This document shows positions 37,517-46,557 of a stretch of DNA of 64,000 nucleotides, piece by piece. This DNA comes from an uncultured Planctomycetaceae bacterium (GTDB lineage: Bacteria > Planctomycetota > Planctomycetia > Isosphaerales > Isosphaeraceae), in NCBI GenBank assembly GCA_963833985.1, contig CAWIAD010000002.1, positions 2,752,001-2,816,000 of the forward strand, read 5' to 3'. The notes below the pieces were generated by a model. The model did not search any database and was not told where the DNA came from. It worked only from the letters and a program-made list of their open reading frames with translations. Position 1 is the first letter of the stretch; the number at the start of each line of letters is the position of its first letter. The position numbers and the translations under genes are program-made.

Positions 37517-39111
37517 TGTCTTGCTTCAGCCGGAAATGGAGAGACGTACCACCCGAGTTATACGACAACTCGGCAGGAGTCTCACCATGCGAAAGCCCCG
37601 CAAGAACTATACGCCTGTCGAGAAGGTCGCCATCCTCCGGCGCCACCTCATCGATCGCGTCGCCGTTTCCGATCTCTGCGACGAGCACCAGCTGTCGCCC
37701 ACGTTGTTCTACCTCTGGCAGAAGCAGTTCTTCGAGGGGGGCACGGCGGCCTTCCAGCGCAAGAACGGACCCTCTGAGAGCCAGCACCTTCGCACCATCG
37801 CAGCCCTCCGCGACAAGCTCCAGCGCAAGAATGAAGTCGTCGCCGAGCTCATGGAGGAACACATCCAGCTAAAAAAAGAGCTTGGGGAGCTCTGACCAAG
37901 GCATGGGTTCCCCACGATACCCGCGACGGCATCGTTGACTTCGTCAGGCGCTGGTCGCAGCGAACCGAGATCCCCGTCGCCAGGTTCATCACCTGGCTGG
38001 GGATCGCAGCCAGCAAGTTCCAGAACTGGAAGACTGGCTATGGACTGGCCAACGAGCACAATGCCTTGGTTCCACGCGACTGGTGGCTGGAGCCGTGGGA
38101 AAAGCGAGCCATCATCGAGTTCCACAAGGACCATCCCGTCGACGGCTACCGGCGACTGGCGTTCATGATGCTCGACGGCGATGTCGTCGCGGTCAGCCCT
38201 TCCAGCGTCTATCGCGTGCTCCGTGATGCGTGGTTGGTAAAGCATCATAACAGCAAACCTTCACTCAAAGGCAAAGGCTTCCAGCAGCCACTTTTGCCCC
38301 ACGAGCACTGGCACGTGGACATGTCGCACATCAACGTCGCCGGCACGTTCTACTCGCTTTGCAGCCTGCTCGACGGCTGCAGCCGGTTCATCGTCCACTG
38401 GGAGATCCGCGCGAGCATGACCGAGGCTGAAGTCGAGACGATCATCCAGCGCGCACGCGAGCGATACCCTGACGCCCGCCCGCGGATCATCTCTGACAAC
38501 GGGCCCCAGTTCATCGCCAGGGATTTCAAGGAGTTCATTCGGATTTGCGGTATGACACATGTGAGAACATCGCCATATTATCCGCAAAGCAACGGCAAGA
38601 TCGAGCGCTGGCACCGCTCGCTGAAATCCGAGTGCATCCGGCCCGGCGTGCCGCTGTCGCTGGAGGATGCCCGTCGTCTCGTGGAACGTTATGTTGATCA
38701 CTACAATCAAGTGCGTCTTCATTCTGCGATCGGTTACATCGCCCCGGCCGACAAGCTGGCCGGCCGTGGTCCAGCGATCTTCGCCGACCGCGACCGTAAG
38801 CTGGAGACTGCCCGTGAAAGGAGGGAACAGGTGCGTGCGACGACCCGAGCGACGGGTTGATCACAGGGAGGCGATTGTCTCGTTCAGCTCGGTGCGGCTA
38901 CGATGAGAGATGGCCTGGGCGGAAGGTAGGGCAACGTGGCGACACGACCTGAGCGCCGACCCAGGGACCAAGACCGAAGGGGGCGGCACGATGCCGCCCT
39001 GTCTTCTCCTTCGGGATTGGTAAGAAAGCGGAAAACCGGTCCATCTGTGTGAGTGTTCACTCCACCTTATCTTTCGACCCCGGTTTCTCCATTTCACGCT
39101 GAACCATTACA
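37517..39111 (+). mobile_element. IS3-family insertion sequence (1595 bp)
   Basis: Terminal IRs TGTCTTGCTTCAGCCGGAAATGGAGAGAC and GTTTCTCCATTTCACGCTGAACCATTACA (TG...CA ends); orfA/orfB organisation. Confidence 0.92.
37587..38860 (+). CDS. IS3 transposase OrfAB via -1 programmed frameshift
   Basis: OrfA HTH 37587..37895; A7G slippery site 37871-37878; OrfB DDE motifs [35 protein letters not shown]. Confidence 0.92.
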
Positions 39112-39304
39112 CTTCGGGGGTAGTCGCACCTTTCAAATGAAGCACAAGAAGCGGAGAGAGTTGAAGGCCTCGGTTGAGCTCACTCATGGCAGTCTACTTA
39201 TCATGCGAGGCGGCACCCAGGCGAATTGGCTGCACCAGATTCCAAAGACGGCGAAGCCAGTTCCCGAGCGGCTCAATCTGACGTTCCGCCGGATTGTCAC
39301 GTAA
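39112..39304 (+). pseudogene. C-terminal fragment of an AlkB-family 2OG-Fe(II) dioxygenase
   Basis: FGGSRTF, LTHGSLLIMRGGTQANWLHQIPKT, RLNLTFR; the N-terminal HxD part is missing, replaced by the IS. Confidence 0.85.
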
Positions 39305-39317
39305 GCCCACTTCTCTC

Positions 39318-39647
39318 TCAGCTTAGCTCCGCCGCCACATCGGCGAATTCCACATTGTCATACTCATCAATCACTGCGACGGCCGACCCGGTGATGACCT
39401 CACCTGTTGGCCGGTTTGCTTCGTCCGTGCCTTCCATCACAAAGGTGAAGTCGGCCCTGATTGGGTCTCCGGTCTGAGAGTCTTTGACGGTGAACGACTT
39501 CATGAACCAGGAATATGTGTCGAGTGACTCTTGAAGCTTGCTTACCGGTTCCTCGTCAGCCACGTCGGTCCAACGGCTCTGAAGGAACACCGCAATCTGG
39601 TCTTGCCGTTCGTCTTCATCATCCGAGATGTAATCTTGAAGGGGCAT
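39318..39647 (-). CDS. Small, strongly acidic hypothetical protein
   Basis: 109 aa, 26 D/E vs 7 K/R by manual count. Confidence 0.6.
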   Translation of the reverse strand: MPLQDYISDDEDERQDQIAVFLQSRWTDVADEEPVSKLQESLDTYSWFMKSFTVKDSQTGDPIRADFTFVMEGTDEANRPTGEVITGSAVAVIDEYDNVEFADVAAELS

Positions 39648-39921
39648 CAGTCGCTCTCTCGTTCGACGCCTCACAGCACCAACCCAGCCTCGACGCTAAA
39701 GAACGGGGGGTGCGGTAATATCGCTCACTTCATTATAGAACCGGCCTAGGCGACCCAGAAGACGGCAGGGTCTTTCGCCACGGGGAGGAAGGCTTTCCTT
39801 CCTGGGGGACCCACCTTCGTGCCAGACTTGGAAGAGATTTGGGAGTATCGAGTCATGGAAATCTCTTTGACCGCTGACGTCCGAAGGCCTTGTCTCGCAA
39901 GGCTGGTAGCGACAAGGGAAC

Positions 39922-40434
39922 TCAGAGGAGTTCTGAAAAACTGGCAAATGTGAGTGTAAACTTATGCTTCGTTTGCCATTCTACTTTTAGGCCGTCTGCT
40001 ACTTCAACGCTCAGGGCATTGGCTCTCAGGAGCGAGAGAATTAAGTCGACAGTGCCCAATACCTCAAGCGACGAGTCGAAACTCGCACATCGCTTGCGGG
40101 CAAGCCTATCATCTAAGGCGACGACATAGGACTGCACCGAGGCAAGAGCGATGGCAGCACACTCTCCCAACCCAAGCCGTCCGTCGGCTGTGAGGTGGGC
40201 AAAGGTTTCTAGCTCTTTGAGGCCCGTTACACTGACCTGCTCAAGTAGCTGCGCGTCGAGGGCTATATCAAGCCGGGCCAACTGGTCGGCATCGGTGACT
40301 TCCCCTCGCACGTGGTCTGTGACAAGGAATCTGTATTGCGGATGAGACGTGAGGAGGTCTACCCGGTCAACCGCGAGGAAGTTTATCAGAACCGATGCAT
40401 CGATAACGACTATTGAACGGCCATCCGTGGCCAT
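39922..40434 (-). CDS. PIN-domain protein (VapC/DUF3368-like)
   Basis: VVIDASVLINF, VTDHVRGEV, LGLGECAAIALA, LDDRLAR, GTVDLI. Confidence 0.85.
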   Translation of the reverse strand: MATDGRSIVVIDASVLINFLAVDRVDLLTSHPQYRFLVTDHVRGEVTDADQLARLDIALDAQLLEQVSVTGLKELETFAHLTADGRLGLGECAAIALASVQSYVVALDDRLARKRCASFDSSLEVLGTVDLILSLLRANALSVEVADGLKVEWQTKHKFTLTFASFSELL

Positions 40435-40446
40435 GCTCCTGCTCCG

Positions 40447-41682
40447 TTAATCGTGGGGATCGTTCAAAGCAGCCTCGCCTAGGTCGAGTAAATCCTTGGC
40501 GGGAATGTCGAGCAACCGGCTCAGCTCCTTCAGCCGAGACTTCGTGATCTCTTCGCGCCTGTAAGCTTCGATGGCCAAGTGGGCGACCTGACTTACAAGC
40601 TCAGAGTCATTTCTCGGACTGCCATCTGCATGGAGAATGTCGATATACCTGCGCCCCGCATCGGCCTTCTCAATGAGCGCTTCGCGCTCCGGGAACGTGA
40701 CAATTCTCAGATCGCTTAGCCGATACACCGCGGCATGGTAGCTGACCCCAAAGTGGTGGGCGAGCGCAGCGACGTCCTGATACGTAATTTGCTGAGTGCC
40801 CGGTACGGTGCGAGCTTCGGTAACCACCTCCTCACAGGCAGTCTCATCGTAGCTCAGATAGAGGTGACGGCTAGGTCCCCCCTTCTCAAGCCGGTCTAGG
40901 AACCCCTCGATGCCCGCTACCGGCATTAAGAACCCGCTTGCGAAAGCATTTGCTCGTCTCTCAATGAGGTCTTTCGAGTTCTCGCTTGTACTCACGATTG
41001 CCGACACGTTCCTGTCGAGCAAGGCGTGCGCATACTCATGAGCGTAGGAGAACCGCTTCCTCGCCCTGGGATGGGAGAAATTCACCAGGATGAACATCCC
41101 AATCGACGAATCGCGAAGGAAGAGCCCGGACATTTCATCAGGGAGCTTCGTCCCAGACGCCCAAATCCCCTGACTAGAGATGAGGTCGGCCATGTCGGCG
41201 ATAGCCCCGTGACCGAGTCCAAGCCGTTTCCGCTCCTCGGCGGCAACGCGGAGGCCTTGCTCAATCGCGTCCGACGCTTTCGTGAGGGGCGGCAGCTCAT
41301 AACTCGGGACCCGCACCCGTCGCGAATACCCGAGGAGGTTTTCAAGCTTCACTCCCTCGCGGCAGATGCCGACGCATCGAGTGACTTCTTGCCTCACCTC
41401 TGGATTGTCGCGGTACCCGACGGGAAGACGGTGGAGAGCCAGAAGGGCGTCTTCCGCAGCCGGCGAAGCTTCCTCCTGGACGAAAAAGTCGGTGATGCGC
41501 CGACCGTAGAGTTCGGCCAGGCCGGCAAGTTCCAGGGTGGAAAGAGTTCGGTTTCCAGCCTCGATGTTAACCATCGCCGTGCGCTGGATCCCGAGGTTCT
41601 CTGCTGCCTGCCCTTGGCTGAGACCACAGTTGACGCGAGCCTCCTTGAGCCTCCTTCCTAAAGTCTGCTGATCTAATGGCAT
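40447..41682 (-). CDS. XRE-HTH fused to ImmA/IrrE-type (DUF955) metallopeptidase
   Basis: LGRRLKEAR..LSQGQAA..IEAGNR HTH; RKRFSYAHEYAH (HExxH), ERRANAFASGFLMP, FGVSYHAAVYRL. Confidence 0.92.
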   Translation of the reverse strand: MPLDQQTLGRRLKEARVNCGLSQGQAAENLGIQRTAMVNIEAGNRTLSTLELAGLAELYGRRITDFFVQEEASPAAEDALLALHRLPVGYRDNPEVRQEVTRCVGICREGVKLENLLGYSRRVRVPSYELPPLTKASDAIEQGLRVAAEERKRLGLGHGAIADMADLISSQGIWASGTKLPDEMSGLFLRDSSIGMFILVNFSHPRARKRFSYAHEYAHALLDRNVSAIVSTSENSKDLIERRANAFASGFLMPVAGIEGFLDRLEKGGPSRHLYLSYDETACEEVVTEARTVPGTQQITYQDVAALAHHFGVSYHAAVYRLSDLRIVTFPEREALIEKADAGRRYIDILHADGSPRNDSELVSQVAHLAIEAYRREEITKSRLKELSRLLDIPAKDLLDLGEAALNDPHD

Positions 41683-41856
41683 AGCAGAATTCCTTTAACA
41701 GGGACTGACGATCGCTTGGGCTCCCAAGAAGCCTTGCCACAGCACGCGAAGTACGTAAATCGTTAAGAGCAAACGATTTTCTGATTGGATGGACCGACTC
41801 TCGGAGAGCCGGAGCCACCGTACCGGTGCCGGACAACCAGGTCAAGTTCTATCTCT

Positions 41857-41885
41857 AGTGTACAGCCAAAATACAAAAGAGTCAA
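41857..41885 (-). promoter_or_regulatory. Sigma70-type promoter towards the HTH-peptidase/PIN pair
   Basis: Minus strand TTGACT (41885-41880), 17 bp, TACACT (41862-41857). Confidence 0.6.
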
Positions 41886-41893
41886 AGCCTTCC

Positions 41894-41921
41894 TTGACTG
41901 TCTGAATTTCGGACATACAAT
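41894..41921 (+). promoter_or_regulatory. Sigma70-type promoter for the CBASS operon with palindrome in its spacer
   Basis: TTGACT (41894-41899), 16 bp, TACAAT (41916-41921); imperfect palindrome TGTCTGAA-T-TTCGGACA at 41899-41915. Confidence 0.65.
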
Positions 41922-41985
41922 ATAGGCAGGAGGGCTGAGGGTCCAGCTCCGTAGAACATGGCCGAGTGAAGGGGGGTTCAAGGAA

Positions 41986-43140
41986 ATGGCGACGATGCCA
42001 AAGATGGTGACGGCCTCGATGAACGTGGCTCTTGATAGCTTGCTCGAGGAGTTGTGCGAGACGGTCCAACTGACTGAAACGCAGTTTAAGGAGGCTAGGG
42101 GCCACTATCATGCGGTCGGCGACTGGTTGGCCGACCCGAAGAACCCCTTTGCCATCTATAAACCAAGGATTCGCTCGCAGGGCTCAGCGAGGCTAAAGAC
42201 CACCGTAAAGCCGGTCAGGCAGAACGAACACGATATCGACCTCATCCTGTTTCTCGACCTACCTTACAGCAGCTTCTCTCAACCAAAGGCCGTCTTTGAC
42301 CTTGTCGAAGCGAGACTTTGCGAGAACGAGTTCTTCCGGAAGAACATGGAGCACTACAAGCGGTGCATCCGAATCACGTATGCATCTGAGTTCCATCTCG
42401 ACATCACCCCCGCCCGTCAGGACTGGACCCGTGGGGGAAACAACATGCTCGTCCCGGACCGGAAAATCCGGGAATGGAAAGAGTCGAATCCTATCGACTA
42501 CGCCGACTTCTGGTTCGACTCCCGCGCATTGATGAGCCGGACCACAAAGGCGGCACGTTACATCGAGTCGCTTCCGGAGCGGGAGTCGGCTCGGCAGAAG
42601 GCCCCGCTGCGCCGCGCTGTGCAGCTCATGAAGCGGCATCGGGACATTCGTTTCAAGGACGACCCGGATGCTCCACGGTCGATCGTCTTGACCACACTCG
42701 CCGGGCTCCATTACGGAGGCGAAGAGCTTGTCTCGGACGCTCTTCTTACCGTCCTAGACGGCATCGTCGACCAGATCGCATCGGAACCCAATGGCGTCAT
42801 TGAGGTGCCGAATCCGGTGAACCCGGCTGAGATGTTTTGTGAGGCCTGGGCGAAGAACCCTGAGGCGTACCAGAAGTTCGTCAACTACGTTCAAGACTTC
42901 CGAGCCAAGCTCGTTCAACTTCTCTCGACGAGAGGCCTTGAGAACATTGCCAAGGGGCTCAACGTGCTCTTTGGCGAACCGCTCACGAAGCAGGCCGTTG
43001 CGTCCTACACGCGCAAGTTCCAGCACGACCGCGATAGCGGCCGAGTCGAGTTCTCAAAGACGAACGTGGGCCTTTCAACGGCGGCCTCGGCCGTAGCCGC
43101 CACCCGCACTGTCCCGGGGAACACTTTCCATGGGGACTAG
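41986..43140 (+). CDS. cGAS/DncV-like nucleotidyltransferase (CD-NTase, SMODS)
   Basis: QLTETQFKEARGHYHAVG, QGS..LKTTVKP, HDIDL, RCIRITY..FHLDITPA, SNPIDYADFWF, LRRAVQLMKRHRD, SIVLTTLA, NPVNPAE; ends TFHGD. Confidence 0.92.
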   Translation: MATMPKMVTASMNVALDSLLEELCETVQLTETQFKEARGHYHAVGDWLADPKNPFAIYKPRIRSQGSARLKTTVKPVRQNEHDIDLILFLDLPYSSFSQPKAVFDLVEARLCENEFFRKNMEHYKRCIRITYASEFHLDITPARQDWTRGGNNMLVPDRKIREWKESNPIDYADFWFDSRALMSRTTKAARYIESLPERESARQKAPLRRAVQLMKRHRDIRFKDDPDAPRSIVLTTLAGLHYGGEELVSDALLTVLDGIVDQIASEPNGVIEVPNPVNPAEMFCEAWAKNPEAYQKFVNYVQDFRAKLVQLLSTRGLENIAKGLNVLFGEPLTKQAVASYTRKFQHDRDSGRVEFSKTNVGLSTAASAVAATRTVPGNTFHGD

Positions 43141-43609
43141 CCAGGTCTTGAGGATTCACACCCTCGGGATCCACGAGCAGGCCGCGTGGATGCGGCGAGA
43201 ACATCCGGGGTTCAAAACCCGGGTTGACGGCGGTCTGCTTGTGACTCGTGGCCTCGTGCAGCCGACCGAGCTTAACGACACCTACCAGGTCCGTGTTGAA
43301 TACCGAGCGTGGGACCCTCCGAGGGCCTGGGTTGAGGAGCCGAAGCTCAAGAGGCTAGAGACCGATGAGCGGATCCCGCACACCTACCTCGATGACGATG
43401 GTACTGAGCGGCCGTGCCTGTATTTGCCCCAGACCGGCGAGTGGTCCACTGAAAAGAAGCTCGCCCTGACAATCATCCCCTGGTTATCGGTCTGGCTCCT
43501 CTTCTACGAGACGTGGCGGGTGACGGGCGAATGGCTAGGTGGTGGGGTCCATCCGGCGCCGCAGGAGCCCATCGTCAGACGTCCCATAACATGGAGTCCC
43601 AATCGGTGA
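43130..43609 (+). CDS. Stand-alone E2-like CBASS accessory protein (type II short-like)
   Basis: YQVRVEY, PPRAWV..P.L, IPHTY, PCLY (putative catalytic Cys), EW, TIIPWLSVWLLFYETW..TGEWLGGG.HP; overlaps CD-NTase stop. Confidence 0.82.
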   Translation: MGTSQVLRIHTLGIHEQAAWMRREHPGFKTRVDGGLLVTRGLVQPTELNDTYQVRVEYRAWDPPRAWVEEPKLKRLETDERIPHTYLDDDGTERPCLYLPQTGEWSTEKKLALTIIPWLSVWLLFYETWRVTGEWLGGGVHPAPQEPIVRRPITWSPNR

Positions 43610-44592
43610 GCCGATTCCGGATCTTGAGCCTTGATGGCGGGGGTATTAAAGGCACCTTCACGGCGTCTTTCCTCGCTGAACTGGAGAGCATGACCAAGAC
43701 ACCAATTCATAAATATTTTGACCTAATAACCGGTACCTCAACCGGCGGGATCATCGCCATTGCCCTCGGCTTGGGAATCCCGGCGTCCGAAATTCTCGAT
43801 TTCTACGTTAAGAAGGGCCCGGAGATTTTCCCCGCCATCGGCATCAAGAAGAAATCTCAGCACTTCCTCCGCTGGATGTTTCGGACCAAGTACGGCCAGA
43901 AATCCCTCTTAAACGCCATCGGCTCGGTGACCGGTAATCGCAAGCTCGGGGACTCGAAAGTGCGGCTTGTCATCCCCTCGTTTAACGCGGTAAACGGCAA
44001 CGTCCAGCTCTTCAAGACTTCGCACCACCCGAGGCTTCGTCGCGATTACCTTCGCCCGGCTGTCGAAGTTGCTCTCGCGACGTCTGCGGCCCCAACCTAC
44101 TTTCCGGCGTTCATCGGTGAGGATGGTCTGGCCTGCATCGACGGTGGTATCTGGTCCAACTGCCCTGCCGCAGTCGGCGTCATCGAAGCCATTTCAGTCC
44201 TTGGCCAGGATCTGAAAGACGTCCATGTTCTCAGTATCGGAACGACGGACGTGCCCTACCACGTCTCAGAGGCACGACGTCAAAAGGGAGGCGTGCTTCG
44301 CTGGGGCCTTTTTAGCAAAGACTTCATCGGACTCCTGATGCAGGCGCAGATGCGGGCCTCGATTGCACAGGCCAAGGTCATGTTGAACTATGACGAGGAG
44401 CCCCACAGGTTCCACCGCATCGACGAGGTGACCAACCCGTCACGCTTCAGCTTGGATAGCGTCTCCGGGATTCCCGACTTGAGGGCCCTGGGTGCCGAGA
44501 CCGCCCGACACCAGGCAAGCGTTGTCCAGCGCCTCTTTCTGGACAAGGAAGCCGACCCCTTTGTCCCTTGCCATTCCCTCCCCTGTCTCTAG
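43606..44592 (+). CDS. Patatin-like phospholipase CBASS effector (CapV-like)
   Basis: ILSLDGGGIKG, FDLITGTSTGG (GxSxG), ATSAAPTYF, DGG; GTGA overlap with E2 stop (alternative in-frame ATG at 43591). Confidence 0.92.
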   Translation: MSRFRILSLDGGGIKGTFTASFLAELESMTKTPIHKYFDLITGTSTGGIIAIALGLGIPASEILDFYVKKGPEIFPAIGIKKKSQHFLRWMFRTKYGQKSLLNAIGSVTGNRKLGDSKVRLVIPSFNAVNGNVQLFKTSHHPRLRRDYLRPAVEVALATSAAPTYFPAFIGEDGLACIDGGIWSNCPAAVGVIEAISVLGQDLKDVHVLSIGTTDVPYHVSEARRQKGGVLRWGLFSKDFIGLLMQAQMRASIAQAKVMLNYDEEPHRFHRIDEVTNPSRFSLDSVSGIPDLRALGAETARHQASVVQRLFLDKEADPFVPCHSLPCL

Positions 44593-44750
44593 GAAGGTCC
44601 CAGCGATCAAGGCAGCGTCATGGAAGCGGAAGCGAAGCTTCGGTGACATCCTTCGGCAGCTTCGCCTAGCCATCGGCGTGAACGATGCAGTCTCTTAGCG
44701 TACAACTTTTCCCGTTTCCAGGTCACTGTTCGTCCTAGCCGGGGACTATC

Positions 44751-45137
44751 ATGCCCAGCCGAAAGCCGCTAATTCCGCCAAGCTGGCAGCGTTACGACGT
44801 GAGTCACCTTGTGCAGGAACACATCAACTCGTGGCAGGCCTTTTGCCGCCAAAGGGATGTGCTTCAACAAGGCCCCCTCGGGCACTCCCCAGGCGAGATG
44901 CATCGGAAGAACCGAGAGCGTCCTCGCTTGGAAACCACAACTAAATTGCTCGACATCGCCCTGCGAGTGACCGGACCCGTGCGATTCAACGGCCGGCTCT
45001 ACAAGTCCTCGGAATCTACGTACATGGGCACCGAGCCAGCCGATGGCTCGGTGCAAGCTGCCGAAGGCTTGTTCGTCGAGATCCATTCACCAATTAACGG
45101 CCTAGGCCGACTCGCACCGGCAAAGCAACGCAGGTAA
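44751..45137 (+). CDS. Hypothetical protein
   Basis: 128-aa ATG ORF co-oriented within the island; no motif recognised. Confidence 0.4.
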   Translation: MPSRKPLIPPSWQRYDVSHLVQEHINSWQAFCRQRDVLQQGPLGHSPGEMHRKNRERPRLETTTKLLDIALRVTGPVRFNGRLYKSSESTYMGTEPADGSVQAAEGLFVEIHSPINGLGRLAPAKQRR

Positions 45138-45183
45138 CCTGCCACGCCACCGACAGCGAGGCCTTAGGAGCCCTTATCCCCCA

Positions 45184-46035
45184 ATGCTTTCCGTACGTGT
45201 AATCACGTTCCCTGGACTAAGAGGTGCAGACTTTGCTTACAACTACGTTGGCACCGACGATGGAGTCGCGATTCATTTCTCAGTCGATATGGCCCAGGTC
45301 TTTGGCGAGCGTCAAGCGTTTAAGCTAGTTGAGGAACGGATCCAAAAGACTGAGCTTGACTGGGTTAGGCCCGGAGCCGACCGCTGGGTCATATACCTCG
45401 ATAGACTTAAACGACCAGGTACCCCCTTAGCTGAGCTAGATTGGCTTCAAGGCAAGGCGGAAGTTAGACCTGAGCTAGACGTAATAGTGAGCCCCCCAAA
45501 TCTCTCGGGCTTGATGGCATCTTGCCCGCCTCAAGGTCGAGTAATCCTTTTCATTCGACCGGAGAACGTCATGAGCAGCGTGGCCGGTATCCCACTCTTT
45601 TACAGCTATTCACATGCAAATGAGCGGTACAGGAAACAATTGGAAACCCACCTTAGCACCCTAAAGCGGGAAGGCCTTATATCAGAATGGCATGACCGCG
45701 CTATTACACCGGGCAGTGAATGGAACAAGGAGATCCGGAGGCAACTTGAAACCGCCCGCACCATCCTTCTCTTGGTCAGTGCCGACTTTATCCATTCCGA
45801 GTTCTGCTCGAGCGTTGAGCTAAAACGAGCCATGGAGCGCCATGAGTCCGGCGATGCCCGCGTCATTCCCATTATCGTAAAGCCCTGCGATTGGCACTCA
45901 GCCCCCTTTGGGAAGCTCCAGGCGCTGCCGAAGGATGGAAAGGCGATTACGACCTGGAAGAACAAGGACGGAGCTTACCTTGATATCGTAAACGGCATAC
46001 GCCGTGTCATTGAGGAGTTGAACGAGCACCCTTAG
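45184..46035 (+). CDS. TIR-domain protein with unrecognised N-terminal region (alternative start 45571)
   Basis: LFYSYSH, WHDRAITPGSEW, LLLVSADFIHSEFCSSVEL (catalytic-position Glu), VIPIIVKPCDW, LQALP. Confidence 0.85.
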   Translation: MLSVRVITFPGLRGADFAYNYVGTDDGVAIHFSVDMAQVFGERQAFKLVEERIQKTELDWVRPGADRWVIYLDRLKRPGTPLAELDWLQGKAEVRPELDVIVSPPNLSGLMASCPPQGRVILFIRPENVMSSVAGIPLFYSYSHANERYRKQLETHLSTLKREGLISEWHDRAITPGSEWNKEIRRQLETARTILLLVSADFIHSEFCSSVELKRAMERHESGDARVIPIIVKPCDWHSAPFGKLQALPKDGKAITTWKNKDGAYLDIVNGIRRVIEELNEHP

Positions 46036-46064
46036 ACGCCCCACCGCCGGATTCACGGCTCGAG

Positions 46065-46557
46065 GTGGCAGGGGCAGAACGAGACAAGAGCCAGAAGGCC
46101 AGCACCACGGCTGGGGCGTTGGAGGCGCGTCTGACGACCAATGTCTCTGACCAGATGCTTAAGACGGTGGGTTGTCCCAGCCTTTTACTTACTCTTGTCT
46201 GTCGCGGTACGAAACCCGCTCGCATTCGCGGAGCTGAGCTTAGACTCAAAGGCCCCCAGTTTGTGGCCTTTCTTAAGTCACTTGAGCATGCGTTCGGCAG
46301 CGACTTTGATTACAAGCCTGTCGGGAAGGAACCTCACTCGACCGGCGACTGTGCAGCGGTGTCCTTTCTACCAGCCTCCCGGCCAATTTCACCGAACGGG
46401 TTTATCGTCGAGCCGGATGACGTGTGCCATTTCATCCTACCCGCATTAGGGATCCCAGTTACTTTCGCCGAGAGCCCACCTGACGACCTGTCTGTCGCTG
46501 CTATTTTCTTCGACGAGAGCGAGGAGACAGTCCTTGAAGGCGAGAAGGTCTCTCTCC
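46065..46557 (+). pseudogene. Hypothetical protein apparently truncated at the Y1-element left junction
   Basis: Protein-like ORF runs into (AAGACGAAA)3, giving an artefactual DEKDEKDEK tail. Confidence 0.45.

Noticed and set aside
37517..37777. C-terminal extension of the kinase ORF as a real domain
   Set aside because: It is read-through into the IS3 left end and an alternative frame of orfA
44600..44698. SFGDILRQLRLAIG resembling the first helix of an XRE HTH
   Set aside because: Too short, no clear start and stops immediately; at most a remnant
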